Positions 31,511 to 41,614 of a stretch of 64,000 bases of DNA are shown piece after piece. The notes below the pieces were generated by a model that saw only the letters and a program-made list of their open reading frames with translations, made no database searches and was not told where the DNA came from. Numbering within the stretch: position 1 is the first letter of the stretch; each line of letters opens with the position of its first letter. The position numbers were made by a program, and so were the translations under genes. The DNA comes from a virus. Taxonomy: Duplodnaviria > Caudoviricetes. The stretch is from positions 1 to 64,000 of the IMG/VR virus record IMGVR_UViG_3300031555_004710; one strand, written 5' to 3'.

Positions 31511-32242
31511 TTACTTGCGTTTAAATCTAAGAAGTGGTGAAGACTTTGATACTTTAGCAGTATTCTTTTTTAGATAAATATTATCTTCTTTCACTTCAAG
31601 ATCAACGTCACCATTTTCAACTGCGGTTGTAATAGCAGAACCAATCACATCAACAACTTCATCATCTTTACCATCGTTATGTTCATTTAATTCATCGAGT
31701 AAAGTGTCAAGTGCTGCACTATTTTCTTCCTGTTTTTTCGCAATTTCTTCATTATTCTCATCAATACAGTTTAAAGTCGTATTTAAATTAGATACCGGAT
31801 TACATACTTCGCATATAGCAGAATCTGTAGATTCATCTGAAGGAACTGAATCTTCTTTCAATTTACCAGTGTCACGTTTTTCAATTTTAATGGCCATGTC
31901 GATTAATTCATTAATACCTTTAGATATTTTCACTACTTCTTGATGAGTTGCAATAGCATTAGCAGCATCACATGCTTTACCAATAACTAATCCACTTGCT
32001 ATAGTTGCAATACCAGCTGCAAACATTTTTGATGAAGTATCGATATTTTTATCATCGAATGATAACTTAGCGGCTCCTATGCAAACACCTGCAACTAAAC
32101 CAGCTCCAATTGCTTCTCCTACTGTCAATGCAGTCTTAAAGGTAATTTTTCTTTTTGCTGCTTTTACTTTAGCTTTACATTCAGCTAAATCAATTTCCTG
32201 TGCTTTTCCAATAATGCAGATTTTTTCATTTGTGTTTTTCAT
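31511..32242 (-). CDS. Early membrane-associated protein (paralogue of 1766-2275)
   Basis: Two Gly/Ala-rich hydrophobic segments; early motif 32294-32309. Confidence 0.6.
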   Translation of the reverse strand: MKNTNEKICIIGKAQEIDLAECKAKVKAAKRKITFKTALTVGEAIGAGLVAGVCIGAAKLSFDDKNIDTSSKMFAAGIATIASGLVIGKACDAANAIATHQEVVKISKGINELIDMAIKIEKRDTGKLKEDSVPSDESTDSAICEVCNPVSNLNTTLNCIDENNEEIAKKQEENSAALDTLLDELNEHNDGKDDEVVDVIGSAITTAVENGDVDLEVKEDNIYLKKNTAKVSKSSPLLRFKRK

Positions 32243-32337
32243 AATTAAATTCTCCTTTGTATTATTATTATTTTATTAATTTGCCTATTGTATTCATAAA
32301 AATAATATATTATTTAAAACTATAAATTATACGATTT

Positions 32338-33021
32338 TTATATAGTTAAAAATGCAGCATATGTGTAAATATTACCAATATCTTCAGATTGTTTAAATTT
32401 TAAAACTAATTTATTATCTTCTTCCGATATTATCCTATATCCTACATATGAAGTTTTCTTTAAATCTCCTAAGAATGGTCTAGCTAATAAAATAGATTTG
32501 CCATTAACTGAAATTTCACATAATTTTTTATCTAACATATTTTCTATAAAGTCTTCTGATAATTTATTATATTCAGATGAACTTTCTTCACATATAAATT
32601 CGTCAATGTTAGAAGAATCCCAATCGGGAATATTGTTATATGTAGCAGATATAATATCATTAATTGCATCTGAATTATTTATTATCGGTACTTTACAAGG
32701 GTCCATATCAGGATTTTTTACAACAAGATAATTTACACCGTTATTCGTATCCCATTCAATCTCACTTTTAGTTTTTCGAAACTTTGTATTTATTTTAGAT
32801 ATTTCAGGTATTGATAAGAATGAATATAAGAAATTAGAATAATCATATTCTTTATTAAGAATCATATAACTTCTAATTCCAGTAATTAATGACTGCATCA
32901 ATATTTTATTATCTGGGAGTAGCATTATATTGGTAGCATGCTGTTTCATTAATCTACATAATGGTATTACCGTTGAATGATAGTTTGATACGATGGTTTT
33001 TGTTATATTTTTTTCAGACAT
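32338..33021 (-). CDS. Early hypothetical protein
   Basis: AGGAGG RBS before MSEKNIT; early motif 33045-33060. Confidence 0.6.
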   Translation of the reverse strand: MSEKNITKTIVSNYHSTVIPLCRLMKQHATNIMLLPDNKILMQSLITGIRSYMILNKEYDYSNFLYSFLSIPEISKINTKFRKTKSEIEWDTNNGVNYLVVKNPDMDPCKVPIINNSDAINDIISATYNNIPDWDSSNIDEFICEESSSEYNKLSEDFIENMLDKKLCEISVNGKSILLARPFLGDLKKTSYVGYRIISEEDNKLVLKFKQSEDIGNIYTYAAFLTI

Positions 33022-33093
33022 GTTTTTATCCTCCTTTTTATTATTCACAAAAATAATACATTATAATAAATAATTTTCAAATAACATCAATAT

Positions 33094-33280
33094 AATGAGG
33101 GAGAGGCTAGAATTTATCCTCCAATAAATCTTGTTAGTATACATGCTGATTTTTTACTAACACTCCTTTAAAATGTAAATTTTACCCATTTGCTCTTTTT
33201 GCACTTTTAACCACATTTAATCTCCCTCAATTATATTAAATCCCTAGTACACTCTTTGCCAAGTGTACTAGGGATATTTT
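33094..33280 (+). ncRNA. Candidate structured small RNA with anti-SD loops
   Basis: Own AACA-N6-TAA promoter (33083-33094), closing stem TGAGGGAGA/TCTCCCTCA, three internal stems, 14-bp terminator; no ORF with a usable RBS. Confidence 0.55.
33240..33275. terminator. Strong 14-bp, probably bidirectional terminator
   Basis: atccctagtacact-ctttgcca-agtgtactagggat. Confidence 0.8.
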
Positions 33281-33510
33281 TATTTATAGTTTATAATAAA
33301 ATGCAGTTCGTCATTTTCGAGAGTACATGATACATCTTGAATTGAATCTTTTTCATTAAACACTTTATCACAAAAATCCAAGAATTGATGAAAATGCTTA
33401 CATGCAATAGATTCTAATATATTTAATTGTACTCCACTTAGCTCATCGACTGCAAGATGTTTAAAGATTTCGACTCTATCCGCATTTTTGAGCTCCGAAA
33501 TATTTTCCAT
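33280..33510 (-). CDS. Small hypothetical protein
   Basis: 76 aa from MENISELK, GGAAAGGCGGTG RBS. Confidence 0.55.
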   Translation of the reverse strand: MENISELKNADRVEIFKHLAVDELSGVQLNILESIACKHFHQFLDFCDKVFNEKDSIQDVSCTLENDELHFIINYK

Positions 33511-33559
33511 TTGCAAGCACCGCCTTTCCATGGATTTTTTATGACTGCCCGAAATTCAA

Positions 33560-33778
33560 TCACATTCCTGCAATAGATTGGACAGCGTCCGCTTGAGCAA
33601 CTTTATTATTAGACAACATCTCTCTTCGATGTTCTCTAAGATAACCTAACTCTTTGTACGTCATCTGATAAATATCGTTTAGTGAAAGCTGTCCTCGAAA
33701 TTCGAATAAAACTTCATCTACTAAAGCAAGAAATGTTTTTAATTGTCTATCTCTACCATGGAATCTCGGGCTATCAGA
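33560..33778 (-). CDS. -1 frame extension of the tail chaperone (gpGT-like), 72 codons
   Basis: Open -1 frame SDSPRFHGRDRQLKTFLALVDEVLFEFRGQLSLNDIYQMTYKELGYLREHRREML...; no start or RBS of its own. Confidence 0.6.
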   Translation of the reverse strand, partial: SDSPRFHGRDRQLKTFLALVDEVLFEFRGQLSLNDIYQMTYKELGYLREHRREMLSNNKVAQADAVQSIAGM

Positions 33779-35361
33779 AAAATCAGATTCTCAATGCTAA
33801 CAGGAATCTCACTTGTCTTACCACAAGATGGGCATTTTGATGATAGAATAAATTGAGGAGCATAATATAATTCATCATGAATCTGTTTAGCAAGCATATT
33901 AACATCTTCATTGCTTAAAGTTTTCATAGTTTCAAGCATTAAATCTGTTTCATCTGCTGTAACTTCAACATAGCTATTTTTAGCTTCATTATATACTAAT
34001 ATTCTACTCATATATAATGCAATTGCAGATAAGTATGTCATTACATTATCTTCCTGATTAATACGTTTAAGTAAATCGATAGCTCTAGCTATAGAAGGAT
34101 AAGAAAGATCGTAAATATTATTTGTGAAAGGTGATTTATATCTCTTTACCTTTCTCATATCTTCATATAATTTACGCATTTCAATATCATTACTCTTATT
34201 CTTTAATATACCATCAACTCTATTTTTGAAAGCATCAGTTATCGAATCAAACTTCAATAATGATTTAAGATTGTAAGTCTGTAACCACTGATGCGAGCAT
34301 GATGTACATGTAAGAGAAGTGCTATTTTCTTCCATAGAAGATGCACATAATATACCATAAAGTGCCATATCAATATCCTGATATGGGAATTTATTTGCAA
34401 ACTCATTATATGACATAATGTTTTTACCAGTTCCATCATACTTATGAAGAATATTTCCACCGATGAGTTTTTCATATATTAATGAAGATTTAGTACTAAT
34501 GATTTCATCAATTCTAGCATCTTCATAATTAACTATATTAACCATCTGAATCATCTGTGCGCCTTTAAAGCTAATAAAGTCTCCTAACATAGGCATTGGT
34601 ACAGAATATTTAGAAAGTGAGCCTTCAATACTGGTTATATAATCTGCCTTATGTTCTTCATCAGGACGTTCAATTGTAATATTGGCTAAATCAACATCTT
34701 CTACTACGACAAGACGAACTTTCTTAACTTTTTCAAGTTTCTGATGTTCTTCTTTTGTAAGTCCTAAATTGTTAGGATCGTCTGTTTTATTAATTTCAAT
34801 TACACCAACATCGCTATTAGTTTTACCAGAATTATATTCGTCTGTAAGCTTTTTACGAATCTGTGTATTTGCTGCTGAGTTTGCTTCATCTACAGTGAAT
34901 CCCATTTTAATAATAAGATCTTTCGCTATAGATTCTCTTGTATTTAATAAAGGAAGAGCTCGCTCAATTCTTTCTTCAATTGAAAGGTCTGGCATTATTT
35001 CTTCCAACATATCAAGATCTTCTTGAGATAATCCCGAATTACCAGCTTCAACATCGTTAGCCTTATTTTCTACTTCAGGAATATTAACCATTGGAGTTTC
35101 TAAAGTATCTAAATCTAATCCTATGGCTGTAGGAGTAGGAGTGCTCATAATATCATTGACAAATTGAGCATTGGGCTCACTAGTATTTTCTTTACTAGGA
35201 GGAGCTAATACTACAGGAGTATCTCCAACATAAGTTACGTTTTCATTTCCTTCATCCATATTAGCAAGTTCGGATTCCGGATTATTGTTTTCTAATTCTT
35301 TCGCGTCAACAGATTTTGCAGCATTAATTGCAAGATCTTTTAATGTGTTAGTGTTTTCCAT
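33739..35361 (-). CDS. Tail/baseplate assembly chaperone (T4 gp26-like, Zn-binding)
   Basis: CTSC and CPSC pairs, D..MALYGILCAS, YPS motif; downstream of a gp25-like gene; frameshift-type end. Confidence 0.55.
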   Translation of the reverse strand: MENTNTLKDLAINAAKSVDAKELENNNPESELANMDEGNENVTYVGDTPVVLAPPSKENTSEPNAQFVNDIMSTPTPTAIGLDLDTLETPMVNIPEVENKANDVEAGNSGLSQEDLDMLEEIMPDLSIEERIERALPLLNTRESIAKDLIIKMGFTVDEANSAANTQIRKKLTDEYNSGKTNSDVGVIEINKTDDPNNLGLTKEEHQKLEKVKKVRLVVVEDVDLANITIERPDEEHKADYITSIEGSLSKYSVPMPMLGDFISFKGAQMIQMVNIVNYEDARIDEIISTKSSLIYEKLIGGNILHKYDGTGKNIMSYNEFANKFPYQDIDMALYGILCASSMEENSTSLTCTSCSHQWLQTYNLKSLLKFDSITDAFKNRVDGILKNKSNDIEMRKLYEDMRKVKRYKSPFTNNIYDLSYPSIARAIDLLKRINQEDNVMTYLSAIALYMSRILVYNEAKNSYVEVTADETDLMLETMKTLSNEDVNMLAKQIHDELYYAPQFILSSKCPSCGKTSEIPVSIENLIFLIARDSMVEIDN

Positions 35362-35390
35362 AAAATATCATTTCCTTTCTATTTTATATT

Positions 35391-35810
35391 TTACCAAGAA
35401 ACATCAAAATTTAAGAAGTTTCTTTTAGATACGTTAAGTGCTATTGCGGACGTTGCTGTCCCTTCATCCACATTAAAAAATAATTGTATTATCAAAATAG
35501 GTTGCCCATCTTTTTCCATTTTCGAAACATTGACTTGGGATAATGGAATATCTGGAAGATATGTCTGTTGCTGGTTAGTTATAGCAGCAGTTAATTGATC
35601 AATAGCAGTATCCATATACTCATATTGATAATCTTCAATCCCAATACCTAATTCGGGAATAGAAGGATACGTACCAGGTTTGATAAACATCAAATTCAAT
35701 ATTAATTGAGACCAAGCTCCTACAGATGACAACTCTTTGGGTTTATCAAAAGAGTTGATATCAAGTGTAAGTTCGGATTTTCTTGATTCCATTGTACCCG
35801 ATATCTGCAT
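35391..35810 (-). CDS. Baseplate wedge subunit, gp25-like
   Basis: 139 aa; ILNLMFIKPGTYPSIPELGIGIEDY motif. Confidence 0.7.
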   Translation of the reverse strand: MQISGTMESRKSELTLDINSFDKPKELSSVGAWSQLILNLMFIKPGTYPSIPELGIGIEDYQYEYMDTAIDQLTAAITNQQQTYLPDIPLSQVNVSKMEKDGQPILIIQLFFNVDEGTATSAIALNVSKRNFLNFDVSW

Positions 35811-35923
35811 ACTTATTTCTCCTTTCTAGGAGTCTAAATTGTTCTATTTGTGATTATAATTTTGTGTAAACGTTCAAAAAAATATATAAAAAAGAAGAGG
35901 GTAAACACCTCTTCTTTTTATTT

Positions 35924-37477
35924 CTATTGGCCATTCTTATAAAGATTTCTAAAATTGTCTACAATCTGTTTTTCGATTTTTCCATCAGTGATTTTTATAT
36001 AAGATTCAAATCTATTATATAAATTTCTAAATAAAATATCAGATGAACTCAAGTAAACTCGCTTATCTTTTCCAGATCCAAAGATATAAACTCTTGCATG
36101 TTCAAGATATTTTCCAACAACAGTTTTACAATTTTTCAACTCTCTATTATGGAATCCTCTTGTGGTTCTCACAATAAGTTTCACATCACATTCGCGACGC
36201 ATTGCTTCTTTCAATAAACTCACAATCAATTTATTGTCTAAATGATTTGTCTGTATCCAGATTCTACCATTTTTACCTTTAGCAATCTCGGTATAAATTT
36301 CATTGGTTATAATATTTGATATTGAAGATAGTACTGGCTGTTCACTATTCCATAATACTGAAAAGTTTCGTTTAATCATATCGGTTACATTTTTCTCACA
36401 TGAAATATAATGATAATCTTTGTAAACTAACGCACTAGTAGCATTATAATTTCCAGTACTAAATACACCAATCGAAGGTGCATCTTTTAATCCAATATAT
36501 ATCATTTTTGCATGAACTTTAATTCCATTATATCTTACTTTGATATCGAGGAATTTATGATCTGCTTCTTTTAATATTTTTTCAAGATATATTATATCCT
36601 GTGAAATTTCACCTCTGGCATTTATTTCAAGATATAATTTACATTTAATCTTGTTCTTAGACGCATTAATTATAGAATCTATAATTGAAGAGTTTGACCC
36701 TAATCGGTATGCAGTAATATATATTGAATCTACTCTATCAGGATAATTTGCAGCCACAGATATCAAATCAGAAATATTCTCAAATGAATCATTTGGAACA
36801 TTTATGAGAACTGGTTTTGGGATAAATTCTGGATTATATCCATTAATAAATGACATAAAGTCATCTGACTTACACTTATCACCGTCAGAATAACATTTAT
36901 GCGAATTAGATGCTTCCCCAAATATATTAATAACCTTTAAAGGAAGATATATTATAATATCATTAGTTGGAGTTATTATAGCTATATCATCTTCATTGTT
37001 ACGTGATACTATACCTGTCTCATAAATACGAGGATAATTAAATCGAGTGTAGTATCTGTCTGTATCAATATTTTGTGTCTGAGCTATTGATAAATCTCTT
37101 TCTATTATATCGTAATTAATATCTATATAATCAAAGGGATTTTCTATCATTGTATATTTATATAAATCAATACTTATACTATTAGGACGTACATCATCAT
37201 ATATTTCATCACATTTTTTATAAATAGCTTTAAGATTCCTAATAAATAATTTGAAAGCAGATTTCAATTTATATTTATATGGATCAGTCTGAGCTCTCGC
37301 AATGGCTTCACAAGAATTTTTATACGCGATTAATACAAAATTGGCTCTAAGTTCTCTTGGGTAATTATCATTATTTGCTTCCTTAAGAACTTTTAATGCG
37401 AAATCAAATGCGCTATCTGTACGACAATCTACCACCCAAGTCTTTTTACTAGCGCCTTTCTTTTTATCTTTTTTCAT
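35924..37477 (-). CDS. ppk1: Polyphosphate kinase 1-like protein (shortened)
   Basis: F..KVLKEA..P..LRANF..I..N N-terminal motif; P.DSF, ITAYR, EINAR, KVHAK, TGNYN, KYLEHARVY, SSD..RNL..RFE. Confidence 0.75.
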   Translation of the reverse strand: MKKDKKKGASKKTWVVDCRTDSAFDFALKVLKEANNDNYPRELRANFVLIAYKNSCEAIARAQTDPYKYKLKSAFKLFIRNLKAIYKKCDEIYDDVRPNSISIDLYKYTMIENPFDYIDINYDIIERDLSIAQTQNIDTDRYYTRFNYPRIYETGIVSRNNEDDIAIITPTNDIIIYLPLKVINIFGEASNSHKCYSDGDKCKSDDFMSFINGYNPEFIPKPVLINVPNDSFENISDLISVAANYPDRVDSIYITAYRLGSNSSIIDSIINASKNKIKCKLYLEINARGEISQDIIYLEKILKEADHKFLDIKVRYNGIKVHAKMIYIGLKDAPSIGVFSTGNYNATSALVYKDYHYISCEKNVTDMIKRNFSVLWNSEQPVLSSISNIITNEIYTEIAKGKNGRIWIQTNHLDNKLIVSLLKEAMRRECDVKLIVRTTRGFHNRELKNCKTVVGKYLEHARVYIFGSGKDKRVYLSSSDILFRNLYNRFESYIKITDGKIEKQIVDNFRNLYKNGQ

Positions 37478-37594
37478 TGTACATCATATCCTTTCATTTT
37501 ATTCATGTAAATAATATACGAATAAAAAATGATTCTTAAATGATGGATTTTAACAATTTTGTAATATTTAGACTAGATTACTCTATAGGAAGGA

Positions 37595-39358
37595 GTGATA
37601 TTTGTGGATGGAATTATATCATTAGCTAATGGCTCATCGAGTAGTTTATATGGCTGCATTGGTTGTGCTGTTAAGGATATGATTATTTCTAAATTTCCAA
37701 GTAATTATTTTAAATATACTTCAGTTTCATCTGAACTTGCTACAAGAAATATACGTAGAACTTTTGGTGGAAGTAACTCAACAGCTGAAATAGTTAAGAG
37801 AGTTAAACCATATTTAGTTATTCAACCAACGTATTCTGTAATGGATCAAGATGGTCCTTTACAAAGTATTCCTTTAACAAAAAACTTTGATGACCTACAA
37901 TATCGTACGGATAAACGATATCTATTTGAAGTTATACGAGATAAAAAGAACGGTTATAATCTCAAATTTAAATTGAATAGAGATAGGATTGAATTCAATG
38001 TAACTGTTACGGTAAGCACATTGCATCAACAGCTAGATATTTATAGAACTATCCTAAACCAAATGATATGGGATAGATCCTTTTCATATAGAATGGCGTT
38101 GGAATCTGTAATTCCGAAGAAAATGATTGCAATAATGTCAAAATACTGTGGAATGGATTTGGAGCAGAATGAGGAATATATTCCTATTTTATTAAAGAGA
38201 TTAAATTCCTGCTCAGGATATCCTATCACATATAAACTTAGAAATGCTAGTGCTACAGATGAATGGTTTATGTATTACACACATAATGTAATAATGACTT
38301 TCACTGATTTAGAACTAGAAAGTGGTAATAAGAAAAACATGACTGATGACTATTATAATATCACATTCAGGGTTACAGCAGAGTTTAATCTGCCAGGTGT
38401 ATATATGATAGATGGTAGCATTGATCAGTTAAATGCAATTGATATTACTTTAAGAACTAAAGAATATCAGGAAGAAAATGATTCATATTTTCCATTGTAT
38501 TCAGTCAATAATTTATATTCTAGATTTCCTGCGGAAATGAATGGTATGCAATTGTATGGAACTACAATTTTTCAAACTACTGCTGAAAAAGGTCAACTAG
38601 AAGATAGAATTAATATTACGTCCGTATTAGATAATGACCATATTAGAGTTATTCGAGCTCATAACACATGGAATATGGAACCTAGCACGTTATTAAATGC
38701 ATATGTATTAAAAGATGGCGAGCTACTGCAATCAGAAAAAGATTATCACATTGATTGGAATACACTCGACATCGTTGTTACTAATATAGATAACACATCT
38801 ACATATCGACTGATACTATATTTCAATTATGATACAGTAAATGAAATACTTAATAATACGGCATATGATCGTAACTTCGATATAAATACTCTTAAAGAAA
38901 ATAGATTTCCAGATACAGGTCTTGCATCGGGAGAAACTGATATCTATGATAGTGTCAGTGATACAGAAATCCATAATGATAATATATATGATGAAAGTAA
39001 TATCCCTGAAGACGATACTGATTATTCAGATAATGTTATATTAGAGCCGGATCCAACATATGATGCAGACGATCATGTAATTGAAGACCCAGACCTAATA
39101 TTATACAATAATAGAGTTATTCTTAATTCGGATGATAATAGAACTAAGCAAGTATCATCTGAAATCTTTTTAGAAGGTCATGTAGATGAAAATGTTGAAG
39201 ACCCTACAATTCTTGAGGATGACCCAACTTATGATGCAAATGAAGATCATGGAGTAGACATTAATTCAATTTCTATCGCTGCATTAGACGATGCTACTAC
39301 TGCAGATATTCACAATTCATCAGTTAGTACTAAGAAAAGATTTTCATCATCAATTTAA
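37595..39358 (+). CDS. Virion structural protein (possible tail completion/terminator) with an acidic repetitive C-terminus
   Basis: Late motif 37552-37563; ILE[P/D]DPTYDA repeats. Confidence 0.4.
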   Translation: MIFVDGIISLANGSSSSLYGCIGCAVKDMIISKFPSNYFKYTSVSSELATRNIRRTFGGSNSTAEIVKRVKPYLVIQPTYSVMDQDGPLQSIPLTKNFDDLQYRTDKRYLFEVIRDKKNGYNLKFKLNRDRIEFNVTVTVSTLHQQLDIYRTILNQMIWDRSFSYRMALESVIPKKMIAIMSKYCGMDLEQNEEYIPILLKRLNSCSGYPITYKLRNASATDEWFMYYTHNVIMTFTDLELESGNKKNMTDDYYNITFRVTAEFNLPGVYMIDGSIDQLNAIDITLRTKEYQEENDSYFPLYSVNNLYSRFPAEMNGMQLYGTTIFQTTAEKGQLEDRINITSVLDNDHIRVIRAHNTWNMEPSTLLNAYVLKDGELLQSEKDYHIDWNTLDIVVTNIDNTSTYRLILYFNYDTVNEILNNTAYDRNFDINTLKENRFPDTGLASGETDIYDSVSDTEIHNDNIYDESNIPEDDTDYSDNVILEPDPTYDADDHVIEDPDLILYNNRVILNSDDNRTKQVSSEIFLEGHVDENVEDPTILEDDPTYDANEDHGVDINSISIAALDDATTADIHNSSVSTKKRFSSSI

Positions 39359-39478
39359 TAATAAAATGAGTAGATTTTAAATCTACTCATTTTTTATCTT
39401 TACTAGGTACTGCTCAATTTTAACAATCGATTAATACATTTTTATCCATTTAATTATTATCGAAAGGAGGTAAAAAAC

Positions 39479-40354
39479 ATGCCGCTTTATACACCACAAG
39501 AAGTATTACCAATTTATCCTACCTACACAACTATTGTGAAAGATGGGGTAAAGTATAAAGCATATTTCGAAACAGATTGGCATCAGGTTATAACTGAAGA
39601 CGGTGTTCCTTTATGTGAACTTCTTCAATCAATGCCATCTATTAATGCTGATAATATGTATAAATACTGCGGAATTTTTAAATCCTCTCCGCAGAAAACA
39701 GCAATAGATCAATTATATGAACTATCTAATCAAAATACTGGAGACGTTTATTTAATTGAAACTGACATGTTAGTTGATGGTGGATATGTGTGTGAAGCTT
39801 ATGTTTGGCTCGGTAATGAACCTGGATGGGTTTATTGTGGGACAACTAATAGAAAAGCTTCAATAAATAGAGACCTTCCAGAAGTAGTAAAATTATTTCC
39901 AAGTGAAGTTGGTGAACCTGGGCAGATCCTAGTAATCGGGGATGATGGTAAATCAATTACTTGGGGGACTATTTCTGAAATTTCTACAGATGGTCACAAT
40001 AGTGACCCAGATGCACATCCATCATTACAAAAAGATATAGAATTAAAAGCTGATAAACTTAGAATTTTTAATGACATATTAAAAACTAATTCATGGGTTT
40101 ATAGTGAAGCTAACCAATGCTTTGAATATCTTTATCAGAGTGAAAAATTGCCATTAAGTTCTTACTTTGAATTAACTGCAATAGTTAATTCAGATGAGGA
40201 TTCAAAGATAATGGCAGGTGCATCAATTTCACCTGTATATAAAATACAATACGGTGAAAATAAGATCCCTTATACAATATTAAGGGCAAAACATGTACCA
40301 AATGCAGATATAGGTATCTGTGTAAAAGTATTTGGTACTTATAACGAAATCTAA
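39479..40354 (+). CDS. Tail fibre-associated protein
   Basis: GDVYLI, GQILV..DG..ITW, HN.DPDAH fibre motifs; first gene of the fibre operon. Confidence 0.55.
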   Translation: MPLYTPQEVLPIYPTYTTIVKDGVKYKAYFETDWHQVITEDGVPLCELLQSMPSINADNMYKYCGIFKSSPQKTAIDQLYELSNQNTGDVYLIETDMLVDGGYVCEAYVWLGNEPGWVYCGTTNRKASINRDLPEVVKLFPSEVGEPGQILVIGDDGKSITWGTISEISTDGHNSDPDAHPSLQKDIELKADKLRIFNDILKTNSWVYSEANQCFEYLYQSEKLPLSSYFELTAIVNSDEDSKIMAGASISPVYKIQYGENKIPYTILRAKHVPNADIGICVKVFGTYNEI

Positions 40355-40395
40355 TCACATAAATATATAATTTTAAAAGAAGGAGTGAAATAAAA

Positions 40396-41592
40396 ATGGC
40401 TTCTATTTTTGGATCTTTCAGCCTTCCAGTTCCTGAGGCTGAAAAAATTAATATGTATCCTCTTACTAAAACAAGTCTGGATACAACAGATGATAGTCTT
40501 TTACAGACAATTACTACACCTGTACAAGGCGATATTGCAGTAATCGATACTGTATTAACAATCACAAAAGAAGATGATACTACTGAACAAAAAAATGTTA
40601 ATAAAGCTGCATACATGTGGAATGGAACCCAGTGGGTTGCATTAAACGGTAATGTTGAAGCAAATAAAGTAATCCTTACATCTGACATAACAATGGCAGG
40701 TAACTATACTCAGGTTGGTAACCTTACTAAAACACAGACTGGTACTGCAACATTTGCTACAAAAGGTATGTCTGTTGCTAGTGCTTTATCAGAAATTTTC
40801 TCTAAGAGACTTCAGCCTTCTATAACAGCTGACCCTAGTCTTGGCACTGTTACAGTTTCTAAATCTGGAACAGTTGAAGTTGGTACAGTTGTAGAATCTG
40901 TAACAATTTCTGCAGTTACTTTTAGTGCTGGTACTTACTCATATGGACCTGCTACAGGAGTTACAGTTTCATCTTGGAAAACTGAAAGAGTTACCACAAA
41001 AGGTTCTGCAACAGCAACTACTGAAGTTACTGGTGCTGGTGCTGGTGGTGCAGTTACAGATAATGGTCCTTTCACAATTGGTGACCAGGATACAGAATAT
41101 AAATCTATTTCTTACAAAGTAAGTGCTACTTATGGAGATGGCGTATTAGCAAACGATAACCTTGGAGATCCTTGTACTAATAATACTAAGATCACTGGTA
41201 CAACTATTTCTAAAACTTCTAGTGCTATAACTCCTTTCCGTAAATATTTCTATGGAGCATTAACAACCGTTCCTGCTACAATTGACTCAGATTTCATTCG
41301 TGATAATCTTACTCATTCTACTGGAGCATGGTCTAACGGTAAGAAACAAGATATTACAATTCCTGAAGGTGCTAAAATTGTAGTTATTGCATATCCTGCA
41401 ACTTTCAATGATCTTTCTATGATTTGTGATAAAGCTGCATTCGGTACCGATATACTTGGTAGTAGCTTTAATAAAGAAACTATCGCAGTTGAAGGTGCTA
41501 ATGACTATCACGCTATAAACTATAAAGTATATGTGTATAAACCTGACACTGCTCTTGGAGCAAACACATATAACGTAAACTATAAGGCGTAA
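40396..41592 (+). CDS. Thr-rich tail fibre/appendage protein
   Basis: QGDIAVI, YMWNGTQWVAL, beta-rich Thr/Gly composition. Confidence 0.6.
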   Translation: MASIFGSFSLPVPEAEKINMYPLTKTSLDTTDDSLLQTITTPVQGDIAVIDTVLTITKEDDTTEQKNVNKAAYMWNGTQWVALNGNVEANKVILTSDITMAGNYTQVGNLTKTQTGTATFATKGMSVASALSEIFSKRLQPSITADPSLGTVTVSKSGTVEVGTVVESVTISAVTFSAGTYSYGPATGVTVSSWKTERVTTKGSATATTEVTGAGAGGAVTDNGPFTIGDQDTEYKSISYKVSATYGDGVLANDNLGDPCTNNTKITGTTISKTSSAITPFRKYFYGALTTVPATIDSDFIRDNLTHSTGAWSNGKKQDITIPEGAKIVVIAYPATFNDLSMICDKAAFGTDILGSSFNKETIAVEGANDYHAINYKVYVYKPDTALGANTYNVNYKA

Positions 41593-41614
41593 AGGTGAAA
41601 GGAGGTAATTAAAT

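Noticed and set aside
33062-33144. 27-aa minus-strand ORF (MYTNKIYWRINSSLSLIILMLFENYLL) as a type I toxin antisense to the sRNA
   Set aside because: AAAGGAG is 18 nt from the ATG, no promoter was seen, and the ORF sits just beyond a strong terminator; not excluded but unsupported.
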